The notes beneath the pieces are model-generated. The model saw only the letters and a list, made by a program, of their open reading frames with translations, was not told the origin of the DNA and made no database searches. Position numbers and translations under genes: made by a program. Positions 9,829 through 18,178 of a stretch of DNA of 64,000 bases are shown here, in pieces. This DNA comes from Limisphaerales bacterium (lineage in GTDB: Bacteria; Verrucomicrobiota; Verrucomicrobiia; Limisphaerales; SIBE01), in NCBI GenBank assembly GCA_044225505.1, contig JBGAIN010000006.1:62001-126000 (forward strand). The letters are read 5' to 3'. Each line of letters opens with the position of its first letter. Position 1 is the stretch's first letter.

Positions 9829-10609
9829 CACGGGTGGGTCCGTTCGAACTATTCGCCGCCACCAGAACTTCCAAACCGCGGCTCCGCAGAGCGTCAACCA
9901 GGTCCGGGGGCGCACCGCTGTCCGTCACGATGAGATCGATGCAATCCAGGTCACAGAGCTGCGAGACGGATTGACGGCCGAACTTGGTGTGGTCCAGACA
10001 GAGATAGACCCGGCTCGCCGCGTGAATCATCGCTCGCTGAATCTCGATCAACAGGCCGTGGGAGTTGGTAATCCCCTCCATCGTGATGCCGCCCGCACTC
10101 ATAATGGCGATGTCGGCATGGATCTTGGAAAACGCTTCCACCGCCAGCGGCCCAACTAGGACCCCTAACCGGGGATAAATGACGCCGCCGGAAACCACCA
10201 CCTCAACCCGCTGGGCTGAAGCAAATAGGTTCGCGACGGGCAACGAATTAGTGACGATCTGAAGGGTTTTGTTCTCCAAATGCCGCGCGGCATGGAACGC
10301 GGTGGTGCCGGCGTCCACAATGATTGTCTGACCTGCACCTATCCGCTCAGCACATGCTCGCCCAATCATCTCCTTCTCAGCGAGTTGATGAGTGTCCCGC
10401 GCGGTAAAGGCAAACTCATCGGAGCGCGGGGCGACCACTCGCGCACCGCCATGGGTGCGGCGCAAGCTGCCACCGGCTTCCAACAGGGTCAGGTCGCGTC
10501 GAACGGTAGAAACCGAGGCGCCGACGTGCTTCGCAAGTTCTTCAAGGGAAGCGAATTCGACGCGTTGGAGGAACGATTCGATGCGATGTTGGCGCTCTTC
10601 AGCCTGCAT
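9797..10609 (-). CDS. DeoR/GlpR-family transcriptional regulator of the BMC locus
   Basis: HTH SLEELAKHVGASVSTVRRDL..LE...LRRTHGGA plus sugar-phosphate sensor domain (DAGTT, TNSL); divergent from pduL. Confidence 0.93.
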   Translation of the reverse strand: MQAEERQHRIESFLQRVEFASLEELAKHVGASVSTVRRDLTLLEAGGSLRRTHGGARVVAPRSDEFAFTARDTHQLAEKEMIGRACAERIGAGQTIIVDAGTTAFHAARHLENKTLQIVTNSLPVANLFASAQRVEVVVSGGVIYPRLGVLVGPLAVEAFSKIHADIAIMSAGGITMEGITNSHGLLIEIQRAMIHAASRVYLCLDHTKFGRQSVSQLCDLDCIDLIVTDSGAPPDLVDALRSRGLEVLVAANSSNGPTRVSDQPAALQS

Positions 10610-10622
10610 CCTGGGCGAAAAG

Positions 10623-10684
10623 TGGTAGATTCTGGTAGATATTGCAAGTTAATTCTTGACCTTTCGGTCAAAAGCGGTCAATCT
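10623..10684 (+). promoter_or_regulatory. Divergent promoter region with candidate DeoR operators
   Basis: TGGTAGAT twice at 10-bp spacing (10623, 10633); palindrome TTGACC-N4-GGTCAA (10656-10671); CGGTCAA twice at 10-bp spacing; -35 TTGACC / 17 nt / -10 CAATCT. Confidence 0.55.
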
Positions 10685-10705
10685 CGCGCATCGTGTTGAC
10701 GCGTT

Positions 10706-11386
10706 ATGGTTGCGCCTAACCCAACAGTCCATCGGGCGGTCATTGAACATCTGGTTCGCCAGACGGTATATCAACGTTTGGGGAAGCCCATGCCGAAGAC
10801 GGCTGCGGCGCCGAACCCTCTCTTGGTGAACGTGAGCGCCCGGCATTGCCATTTGACCCAGGAAGCCGTGGAAGCTCTTTTTGGTCCGGGGCATCAGCTG
10901 ACGCCATGGAAAGCGCTTTATCAAGAAGGGCAATTTGCCGCGAAGGAGACGCTCACACTCATCGGGCCGAGGAGCCGCGTGATTTCGAATCTTCGGATTC
11001 TTGGCCCTTGCCGAACCTTGAACCAGGTGGAGTTGGCGTATACCGACGCAATCGCGCTGGGCTTTGACATTCCGCTGCGAATATCTGGAAAGATTGAGGG
11101 GACTCCTGGCTGCATGTTGATGGGGCCCGCGGGATTCTTCGAGATGCCGCAGGGGGTCATTCGCGCGTTGCGCCACGTCCATATGCACCCGGAGGATGCG
11201 GCGTTTTATGGCGTGAAGAACGGTGGGGAAATGAAGTTGAAGATTGGCGGTCCGTGCGGATTGACCTTGGACCGTATGCTGGCGCGGGTGGACGAGAGTT
11301 TTCGGTTGGAGGTGCACATCGACACGGATGAAGGCAACGCCTGCAATCTGCAGCCCAACACCCCGTGTGAACTGGTGGTGGATTGA
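10706..11386 (+). CDS. pduL: Phosphate propanoyltransferase PduL (BMC phosphotransacylase)
   Basis: VNVSARHCHL, LRILGPCR..NQVEL..TD, RHVHMHPEDA, EVHIDTDEGNA motifs; N-terminal amphipathic helix. Confidence 0.93.
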   Translation: MVAPNPTVHRAVIEHLVRQTVYQRLGKPMPKTAAAPNPLLVNVSARHCHLTQEAVEALFGPGHQLTPWKALYQEGQFAAKETLTLIGPRSRVISNLRILGPCRTLNQVELAYTDAIALGFDIPLRISGKIEGTPGCMLMGPAGFFEMPQGVIRALRHVHMHPEDAAFYGVKNGGEMKLKIGGPCGLTLDRMLARVDESFRLEVHIDTDEGNACNLQPNTPCELVVD

Positions 11387-11490
11387 GCGAAAGGGTGAGT
11401 TGCTCTTGAACGAGTGATTTAAAACGAAGCGTGACGGAGAGCACGCTCCGAAAATGGCGAGACGAAGTTAAATTCAATAGGAAGAAATCA

Positions 11491-11814
11491 ATGAACGAAG
11501 CAATTGGCATGATTGAAACCCGGGGCTTCACTGGCAGTGTCGAAGCCACCGACGCGATGGCCAAAGCCGCCAACGTTACCATTGCGCGCACCATTCCCAT
11601 TGGCGGCGGCTTGATCACCGTCATTTGCCGTGGGGACGTGGCGAGCGTCAAAGCGGCCATCGACGCTGGCGGCAAGGCGGCCAGCAAAGTCGGCGAGCTC
11701 GTGGCCTCCCATGTGATCGCCCGGCCGCACGAAGATCTGACGAAAGGATTTTTAGGCGACGGAGCGGCCGCTCCAGCCGCTGCCGCGGCTGCGCCTGCTG
11801 CCCCCCGCAAGTAA
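11491..11814 (+). CDS. BMC hexamer shell protein (BMC-H) with Ala/Pro-rich tail
   Basis: AIGMIETRG...ATDAMAKAANV...[10 protein letters not shown]...HVIARPH. Confidence 0.93.
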   Translation: MNEAIGMIETRGFTGSVEATDAMAKAANVTIARTIPIGGGLITVICRGDVASVKAAIDAGGKAASKVGELVASHVIARPHEDLTKGFLGDGAAAPAAAAAAPAAPRK

Positions 11815-11859
11815 TCAGCGGCGTCCTACGCAAACTGAATTCAAACCTCTTACTTCACT

Positions 11860-12141
11860 ATGGCAAATCAAGCGATCGGGATGATTGAAACGAAGGGCCT
11901 CTGCGCGCTGTTCGAAGCGACGGATGCCGCACTCAAAGCGGCCAACGTTACTTTTACGGGCTGGGAGAAAATCGGCAGCGGCTACGTGACCGGATTCTTC
12001 CGCGGCGACGTCGCGAGCGTGAAAGCGGCCACAGACGCGGGCGCAGCCGCCGCTTCGCAAGTGGGCCAAGTTGTCACCGTTCAAGTGATCCCCCGGCCTC
12101 ATGAAGGGCTGGCTGGGTTAGGAAAGTGGCTTCAGCAATAG
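11860..12141 (+). CDS. BMC hexamer shell protein (BMC-H)
   Basis: AIGMIETKG...DAALKAANV...KIGSG...[14 protein letters not shown]...VIPRPH. Confidence 0.94.
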   Translation: MANQAIGMIETKGLCALFEATDAALKAANVTFTGWEKIGSGYVTGFFRGDVASVKAATDAGAAAASQVGQVVTVQVIPRPHEGLAGLGKWLQQ

Positions 12142-12151
12142 TCTTGGCCCC

Positions 12152-13345
12152 GTGAAGGTTCTGGTCGCCAATCTCGGCTCGACGTCGCTCAAGTGGCGGT
12201 TGTTCGACTTTGCGGACAACCAAGAGCGCCTGCTCCACAAGGGTGGATTTGAGCGAGTGACCGATTATCCAAAAGCGATCGAGGATTGTTTGGCGCAACT
12301 GAAAACGGCCGGCGCGATCCAGAACGACAAAGACTTGGCCGCCGTCGGATTCAAAACCATCATGGCCAAGGGGCTCAATGGCTGCGTGCGACTCGATGAG
12401 AAGGCGGTCAAAGCGATGGAAGCGTTCAACGGCATCGCTCCGGCGCATAACCCGGCTTACATCAGTGGAGTCCGGCTATTCGCCAAACGGATGCCAGAAA
12501 CCCCATTGATCGGTTTGTTTGAGACCGCGTTTTATCAATGGTGTTCACCGGCAGCGGTCCGGTATGGAGTGCCTGAAGCATGGTATCAGGCGGGCGTGCG
12601 GCGGTGGGGATTTCATGGAGCGAGCCATAAATTCATCGCGGAACGCTCGGCAGAACTTTTGGGCCGGGCTGACGTGGTCAAACGAGTGGCGAATTTGTAT
12701 TCCGACGGTGGCGCGACCCCTGTGGATCGACCGGATCTGCGTGTCATCTCGTGCCATCTGGGTGGTAGTTCGAGCATCACGGGGATTCGCAATGGCCTCG
12801 CGATCGGGACGAGCATGGGAATGAGCCCCCAGTCCGGGTTGCCCCAGAATAACCGAGTGGGAGATCTCGACTCATTTGCCGTTCCGTTCGTCATGCGGAC
12901 GCTCGGGTTGAGCCTCGATGAAGTAGAGAGGCAACTCTGCAAAGAGTCCGGTCTCAAAGGACTCTCCACCGTTTCCAACGACATCCGGGACATCCAAGCC
13001 GCGGCGGGTAAGGGGCATGCGGATGCCCAGCTCGCGTTAGATGTTTTCGTCCAGAATGCGCGTCAATGGATTGGGGCTTACCTGGCGGAGCTGAACGGCG
13101 CCGATGCGCTCGTTTTCACGGCGGGAATCGGAGAGAACCGAGCGGAGATTCGGGAAGCGATTTGCCGAGACCTCGATCAGCTCGGGATCATCCTGGATCC
13201 GGAGAACAACAAGGCGGCGCAAGGTTCCGAGACGACAATCAGCGCGGCCCATTCCCGAGTGAAGATCCTGGTCATACCGACCAACGAAGAATTGATGGTG
13301 GCGCGAGAAGCCAAACGATTGCTGCAAAACAAATCTCGTCAGTGA
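12152..13345 (+). CDS. ackA: Acetate/propionate-family kinase
   Basis: [55 protein letters not shown] motifs; GTG start. Confidence 0.92.
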   Translation: MKVLVANLGSTSLKWRLFDFADNQERLLHKGGFERVTDYPKAIEDCLAQLKTAGAIQNDKDLAAVGFKTIMAKGLNGCVRLDEKAVKAMEAFNGIAPAHNPAYISGVRLFAKRMPETPLIGLFETAFYQWCSPAAVRYGVPEAWYQAGVRRWGFHGASHKFIAERSAELLGRADVVKRVANLYSDGGATPVDRPDLRVISCHLGGSSSITGIRNGLAIGTSMGMSPQSGLPQNNRVGDLDSFAVPFVMRTLGLSLDEVERQLCKESGLKGLSTVSNDIRDIQAAAGKGHADAQLALDVFVQNARQWIGAYLAELNGADALVFTAGIGENRAEIREAICRDLDQLGIILDPENNKAAQGSETTISAAHSRVKILVIPTNEELMVAREAKRLLQNKSRQ

Positions 13346-13379
13346 CTCAAGACAACTTCGAAACTTAGACTCTTTTTAT

Positions 13380-13664
13380 ATGGCACAACAAGCAATTGGT
13401 CTGATTGAAACGCGTGGGCTCGTCGCTCTTGTCGAGGGCGTCGATGCCATGCTCAAGGCGGCGAATGTGGAATTGGTCGGCCCGATGGTCCAAGTCGGCA
13501 ACGCTCTCGTCACGGCCACCGTGGTCGGCGACGTCGCGGCGGTGAAAGCGGCAACGGACGCGGGCGCGCAAGCGATCAAAGCGATCAAAGGCGAAGTCGT
13601 CAGCGTGCACGTGATCGCGCGCCCTCATGCGGACGTCGAGCAAGTCCTGCCGAAACGGCGCTAA
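13380..13664 (+). CDS. BMC hexamer shell protein (BMC-H)
   Basis: [10 protein letters not shown]...DAMLKAANV...[13 protein letters not shown]...HVIARPH. Confidence 0.94.
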   Translation: MAQQAIGLIETRGLVALVEGVDAMLKAANVELVGPMVQVGNALVTATVVGDVAAVKAATDAGAQAIKAIKGEVVSVHVIARPHADVEQVLPKRR

Positions 13665-13756
13665 GACTGGAATTGGCTGCCCGTCAATTCCTGGAGGCCA
13701 CGTGGCGTTCGGAAGGCGGGAGATTCCTAGACTGAGTCTGAGCACGGACCTGACCT

Positions 13757-14068
13757 ATGTTCCTCGCGCGTGTTGAAGGTGCGGTCGTCTCGACCAAAAA
13801 AGATCCGTCCATGAGCGGACGCAAGCTGCTGTTGCTTCGTCCTCAGCTCGTTGACGACAAAGATCCCACCAAGTTTCGGCCGGGAAACAATACGATTGTG
13901 GCGGTCGACAGCGTGGGCGCCGGAATCAACGAGATGGTTCTCTTTTGTCAGGGCAGCTCTGCCCGCTTAGCCCCAAATCTCAAGGACGCGCCTGTCGATG
14001 CCGTCATTATTGGGATTGTCGATACGGTCGATGTGCTCGGCCAGGAGATTTACAACGCGCGGACTTAA
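13757..14068 (+). CDS. BMC pentamer vertex protein (EutN/CcmL family)
   Basis: MFLARVEGAVVSTKK...VAVDSVGAG..E.VL...GSSAR...PVDAVIIGIVD. Confidence 0.93.
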   Translation: MFLARVEGAVVSTKKDPSMSGRKLLLLRPQLVDDKDPTKFRPGNNTIVAVDSVGAGINEMVLFCQGSSARLAPNLKDAPVDAVIIGIVDTVDVLGQEIYNART

Positions 14069-14121
14069 CGGGCCGCTTGGATCCGCGCCGGGGTCGGAAC
14101 GAAACGTAACTGCAGAATTTT

Positions 14122-15615
14122 ATGAGTGGTGTGAACGAAGCCTTAATTCGCGATGTGGTCGCTGAGGTGTTGAGCCGACTCGGAGCAGCCGGGACAGCAG
14201 CTCGATCCGCGCCCGGAAACAATGGCGCCTCATGTGGCTGCGACGGGGCCGGTTCCCGTGCCGCAAACCCGGGTCCTACCGGACGGTTCGGTGTCTTTCA
14301 GGATGCCAACGAAGCTTGCCAGGCCGCCCAGGACGCGTTTTTGCAGCTCCAGAAAAAAGGAGTGGAAGCACGGCGTAAGGTGGTGGAGATCGTCAAGACC
14401 ATGGCCGAGGCCAAAGCCGAATCGTGGGGAAAACTGGAGTTGGACGAAACCAAGATCGGCCGCTTGGACCATAAGATTGAGAAGCTGAAGATTATCAAAC
14501 TGGTCCCTGGCGTGGAGTGGCTGCGTCCGGACGCTTTGAGCGGCGATCACGGCATTACTTTGGAAGAATATACTCCGTTTGGCGTCGTCGGAGCGGTCAC
14601 GCCATCAACGCATTCGATCCCGACGCTCAGCGGCAATATTGTGAATATTGTGGCTGCGGGCAATACAGTGGTGTTCAATGCTCACCCTTCCGCGGCGCGC
14701 TGTGCGGCGGTGGCGGTGCGGGCCTACAATGAAGCGATCTATCGAGAAACGGGCATCGAGAACGTGGCCTGCCTGATCGAGCACCCCACCTTCGATTCGT
14801 TTAAAGCGCTCTGCGGACACGACGCCGTGCGTTTGCTATTGGTCACGGGCGGCCCTGGCGTTGTCAAAGCAGCCATGTTGACAGGCAAACGCGCCATCTG
14901 CGCGGGACCGGGCAATCCGCCCGTCCTGGTAGACGACACCGCGTGCTGCAAGCGGGCCGCCAAATCGATCATTCAAGGCGCGGCCTATGACAACAATCTG
15001 CTTTGCATTGGCGAAAAAGAAGTATTTGCGCTCGATTCCATCGCCTCCGATCTGATGGCGGCCATGGAAGCGCAAGGAGCGGTGCGATTGAACTCCGCGC
15101 AACTGGATCGACTCACCAAAGCTGCTTTTACGTTCAAAGCGGGCCATGGGGCAGGGTGTCCAGAGCCTGTGCTTAACAAAGATTTGATTGGCAAAGACAC
15201 TGCCGTTTTAGCACAGGCCGCGGGAATGAACGTCCCAGCAGGGACTCCCCTGCTTTTCGCGGAGACGGGCGCAGACCATCTCTTCGTCCGCGAGGAGCAG
15301 ATGATGCCCTTCATTCCAGTGGTGCGTGTGCGCAGCGTTGACGAAGGAATCCAACAATCCAAGATCGCGGAGCATAACTACAAGCACACCTCCATCATCC
15401 ATTCGCACGATGTCGAGCATATGACGGCGATGGCCCGAGCGCTTGATACGACGTTGTTCATCAAGAACGGGCCTTGCATGGCTGGGTTGGGGCTGGGCGG
15501 CGAAGGGTATCTTTCTTATTCCATCGCGACTCCCACCGGGGAAGGCGTGACGAATCCCGGCACGTTCTGCCGCGTCCGCCGTTGTGTCATGGTGGACAAC
15601 TTAAGGATCTACTGA
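14122..15615 (+). CDS. CoA-acylating aldehyde dehydrogenase (EutE/PduP-like)
   Basis: PFGVVGAVTPST, LLVTGGPGVV, AGPGNPPV, catalytic NNLLCIGEKE, EQMMP, IATPTGEG; N-terminal encapsulation-type helix. Confidence 0.93.
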   Translation: MSGVNEALIRDVVAEVLSRLGAAGTAARSAPGNNGASCGCDGAGSRAANPGPTGRFGVFQDANEACQAAQDAFLQLQKKGVEARRKVVEIVKTMAEAKAESWGKLELDETKIGRLDHKIEKLKIIKLVPGVEWLRPDALSGDHGITLEEYTPFGVVGAVTPSTHSIPTLSGNIVNIVAAGNTVVFNAHPSAARCAAVAVRAYNEAIYRETGIENVACLIEHPTFDSFKALCGHDAVRLLLVTGGPGVVKAAMLTGKRAICAGPGNPPVLVDDTACCKRAAKSIIQGAAYDNNLLCIGEKEVFALDSIASDLMAAMEAQGAVRLNSAQLDRLTKAAFTFKAGHGAGCPEPVLNKDLIGKDTAVLAQAAGMNVPAGTPLLFAETGADHLFVREEQMMPFIPVVRVRSVDEGIQQSKIAEHNYKHTSIIHSHDVEHMTAMARALDTTLFIKNGPCMAGLGLGGEGYLSYSIATPTGEGVTNPGTFCRVRRCVMVDNLRIY

Positions 15616-15893
15616 TGTTCTTGGCCCGGGTCGAAGGCAACGTAGTCGCCACTCGCAAGCATCCGAGCTTTGAGGGCTGGCGCCTCGTGATCTGTCAGCC
15701 GATCGGGGCGACGGGTGTGCCGGAAGGAGCACCACAAATCGCCATCGATCCCCATGGTGCTGGGATGCACCAACGTGTCGTGATCTCGTCCGATGGCTCG
15801 GCCTCTCGGCAGACCGTGGGCGACAACAAGAGTCCGGCGCGTTGGATGATCGTGGGCATTGTGGATGAGCAGGAACCGGGGGTGCCCGTATGA
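15615..15893 (+). CDS. BMC pentamer vertex protein (EutN/CcmL family)
   Basis: MFLARVEGNVVATRKH...AIDPHGAG...SDG...IVGIVD; TGATG overlap with the upstream stop. Confidence 0.9.
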   Translation: MFLARVEGNVVATRKHPSFEGWRLVICQPIGATGVPEGAPQIAIDPHGAGMHQRVVISSDGSASRQTVGDNKSPARWMIVGIVDEQEPGVPV

Positions 15894-16192
15894 GGCTGGG
15901 GAAAGTCATTGGCCGGGTCATTCTGAGCCAGACGGTGCCTTCGCTCGAAGGTGCCCGTTGGCTCATCGTCAGTCCGATGACTCGGGAACAGTTCGCTTCC
16001 GGCCTGTCCGAGGACTTGCCGATCAGTAAAGAGCCCAGCCTGATCGTTTACGACAGTATGGGCGCAGGGCTCGGGCATGTCATTGGTTATGTGGAAGGAC
16101 GAGAAGCGGCTCAACCATTTGATCAACCTACTCCGATCGATGCCGTCAATGTGGCGTTGATTGACAAGATTTTTTACAGCCCTTTCGTATGA
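15890..16192 (+). CDS. BMC pentamer vertex protein (EutN/CcmL family, divergent)
   Basis: MRLGKVIGRV...VYDSMGAG.G....EGREAAQPF...PIDA...ALID; ATGA overlap. Confidence 0.87.
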   Translation: MRLGKVIGRVILSQTVPSLEGARWLIVSPMTREQFASGLSEDLPISKEPSLIVYDSMGAGLGHVIGYVEGREAAQPFDQPTPIDAVNVALIDKIFYSPFV

Positions 16193-16217
16193 ACACGATC
16201 CGATCTGACCGCCGTTT

Positions 16218-17276
16218 ATGAAATCCGTCATCAGTACTAAGGACATCGAAGCCCTGCTCCGCGACGGGAAAGACCTCAGCCAGCTCCCGTCCGACGCGAT
16301 CATCACCCCATCGGCGCGCGACCTGTTGCGCGACCTGCAAAGCCGCCGGAACGGAGCCGCAGCCCCTGCGTCGCCTGTGGCCGAGCCGGCAAAACCGTCC
16401 GGAAAGGCGAAATCCGTCACGTCGAAAAGTCCGCCTGCGGAAATACAGGCTTTTTTTAACTCGCCCGAGATCGAAACTCTGAAAGAGCAGATCTGCGATA
16501 TCGGCCGGCGACTTTGGCAACGCGCGTATGTGGATGGGAACGGCGGGAACATTGCCATTCGGGTGGGCGAAGACATTGCTCTGTGCACCCCGACGTTGGT
16601 CTCCAAAGGTTTCATGCGACCGGCGGATATGTGCCTCGTAGATCTTGAAGGGAATCAGCTGGCGGGGGTCAAGAAACGAACCAGCGAGATCCTGATGCAT
16701 TTGCAGATTATGAAACGCCAGCCAAAGGCCTTGGCCACGGTCCATTGCCACCCGCCTTATAGCACTGGCTTCGCGGTCGCAGGAGTGACCCCGCCGACGT
16801 GCATGATCCCGGAATACGAGGTCTTCTGCGCGGTGGCAGTCGCTCCTTATCGAACCCCGGGCACTCCGGAAATGGGTAAGCTCGTGGCTGATCTCGTCGA
16901 TCAGCACAACACCATTTTGATGGCGAATCACGGGGTCGTCTCCTGGAGCCACGTGTCGATCGAAGACGCCTATTTCAAGATGGAAATTCTTGAGGCCTAC
17001 TGCCGGACGGTCCTGGTTGCTTCTCAGCTTGGCAAACCGGTGAATACCATGACGCCCACCCAGCTCCAGGATCTTCTCAAGATCAAGCAGAGCTTGGGCA
17101 TCCCAGATCCCCGGCATGGACTCAAAGAATGCGAACTCTGTGACAATGATGAGTGGCGCCCTGGGGTCACCTGCGCGGTTCCCGCGCAACCCAAGCCTGC
17201 GGCGACGGTCGATGCCGATGCCGAAGCGGCGGTGCAAGCGATCACAGACCAGATCATGTCCCAAATGAAGCGTTAG
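16218..17276 (+). CDS. Class II aldolase/adducin-family protein (fuculose/rhamnulose-phosphate aldolase-like)
   Basis: GGNIAIR, TPTLVSKG, TSEILMH, VHCHPPY, LMANHGV zinc-ligand motifs; extra N-terminal module and C-terminal helix. Confidence 0.9.
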   Translation: MKSVISTKDIEALLRDGKDLSQLPSDAIITPSARDLLRDLQSRRNGAAAPASPVAEPAKPSGKAKSVTSKSPPAEIQAFFNSPEIETLKEQICDIGRRLWQRAYVDGNGGNIAIRVGEDIALCTPTLVSKGFMRPADMCLVDLEGNQLAGVKKRTSEILMHLQIMKRQPKALATVHCHPPYSTGFAVAGVTPPTCMIPEYEVFCAVAVAPYRTPGTPEMGKLVADLVDQHNTILMANHGVVSWSHVSIEDAYFKMEILEAYCRTVLVASQLGKPVNTMTPTQLQDLLKIKQSLGIPDPRHGLKECELCDNDEWRPGVTCAVPAQPKPAATVDADAEAAVQAITDQIMSQMKR

Positions 17277-17311
17277 AGGCGAAACCGCAGAACCATTCTC
17301 AATTCAGGAAT

Positions 17312-18169
17312 ATGAAGGTCACGATTATCGGAGGTGGCGGTCGGGTCGGTTCCTGTGCCGCGTTTGCTCTGCAGTGCGGCGGTTTGGTGGCAGAGATCCA
17401 AATCCTTGACGCGAACCAAGCCATGGCCGAAGGCGAAGCGCTCGATCTTCTGCACGGAAGCGCATTTGCGGGCGACCGTCGCAAGCCGGATGAGTCGCGT
17501 CTGGATTTGATCAACCGAAACGTCGCGCTCTTTGTGCAAATCCTGGACGGAATCAAAAACGCCGGTTTGAAGAAGGATGCGCACGTGTTTGTGGTGTCGA
17601 ACCCGGTCGACATTTTGACCCAATTGGCGGTGCAACGGCTCGGCTTACCCCCGGCCCAGGTGTATGGGCTCGGCACGATGCTGGATACGTCGCGGTTCAG
17701 CTCCTTCATCGCGGAAGAACTGAGCTTGGCGCCGACGCAAGTCCGAGCGCTCATTTTGGGTGAGCATGGAGATTCCATGGTTCCGATCTGGTCAAGCGCG
17801 GCGGTGAATGGCCTTCCGTTGACGGGGCTGCCGCAATGCAGCGCAGGATTTCAAAACGCGGTGTTCGAACGCACCAAGGGAAGCGGCGCTGAGGTGATCA
17901 AGAAGAAAGGCGGTGCTGGGTGGGCGGTCGGCATCGCGATTCGCGATGTGATCCACGCGGTTCTATTAAACAAGCGGGCGTTGCTCCCAGTCTCTTCTCT
18001 CGTCCAAGGCGCTTACGATATCCGTAACGTTTGCCTAAGCGTTCCGAGCGTGGTGGGACGGCGCGGTGTGGAAAAGCATGTCGAAATCAAGTTGTGGCCT
18101 AAAGAGCTGATGGGCTTGCAGGCGTCAGCACGCGCTCTTCTGGATACGCTCGGCAAGGTCAAGGCCTAG
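17312..18169 (+). CDS. Lactate/malate dehydrogenase-family protein with apparent internal in-frame deletion
   Basis: KVTIIGGGGRVG, GEALDL.HG, RKPDESRLDL..RN, VSNPVD, GTMLDTSR, ILGEHGDS; only 285 aa and lacks the segment ending in (I/V)TAG. Confidence 0.88.
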   Translation: MKVTIIGGGGRVGSCAAFALQCGGLVAEIQILDANQAMAEGEALDLLHGSAFAGDRRKPDESRLDLINRNVALFVQILDGIKNAGLKKDAHVFVVSNPVDILTQLAVQRLGLPPAQVYGLGTMLDTSRFSSFIAEELSLAPTQVRALILGEHGDSMVPIWSSAAVNGLPLTGLPQCSAGFQNAVFERTKGSGAEVIKKKGGAGWAVGIAIRDVIHAVLLNKRALLPVSSLVQGAYDIRNVCLSVPSVVGRRGVEKHVEIKLWPKELMGLQASARALLDTLGKVKA

Positions 18170-18178
18170 CCTCACCCA

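Noticed and set aside
16146..17264. Long antisense ORFs opposite real genes (also 21041-21991, 23634-24722, 60649-61677 and others)
   Set aside because: Shadow ORFs expected from GC-rich codon usage; no protein motifs.
17153..17311. N-terminal extension of the LDH-like ORF
   Set aside because: It overlaps the aldolase gene; the Rossmann motif starts at ATG 17312 after AGGA.
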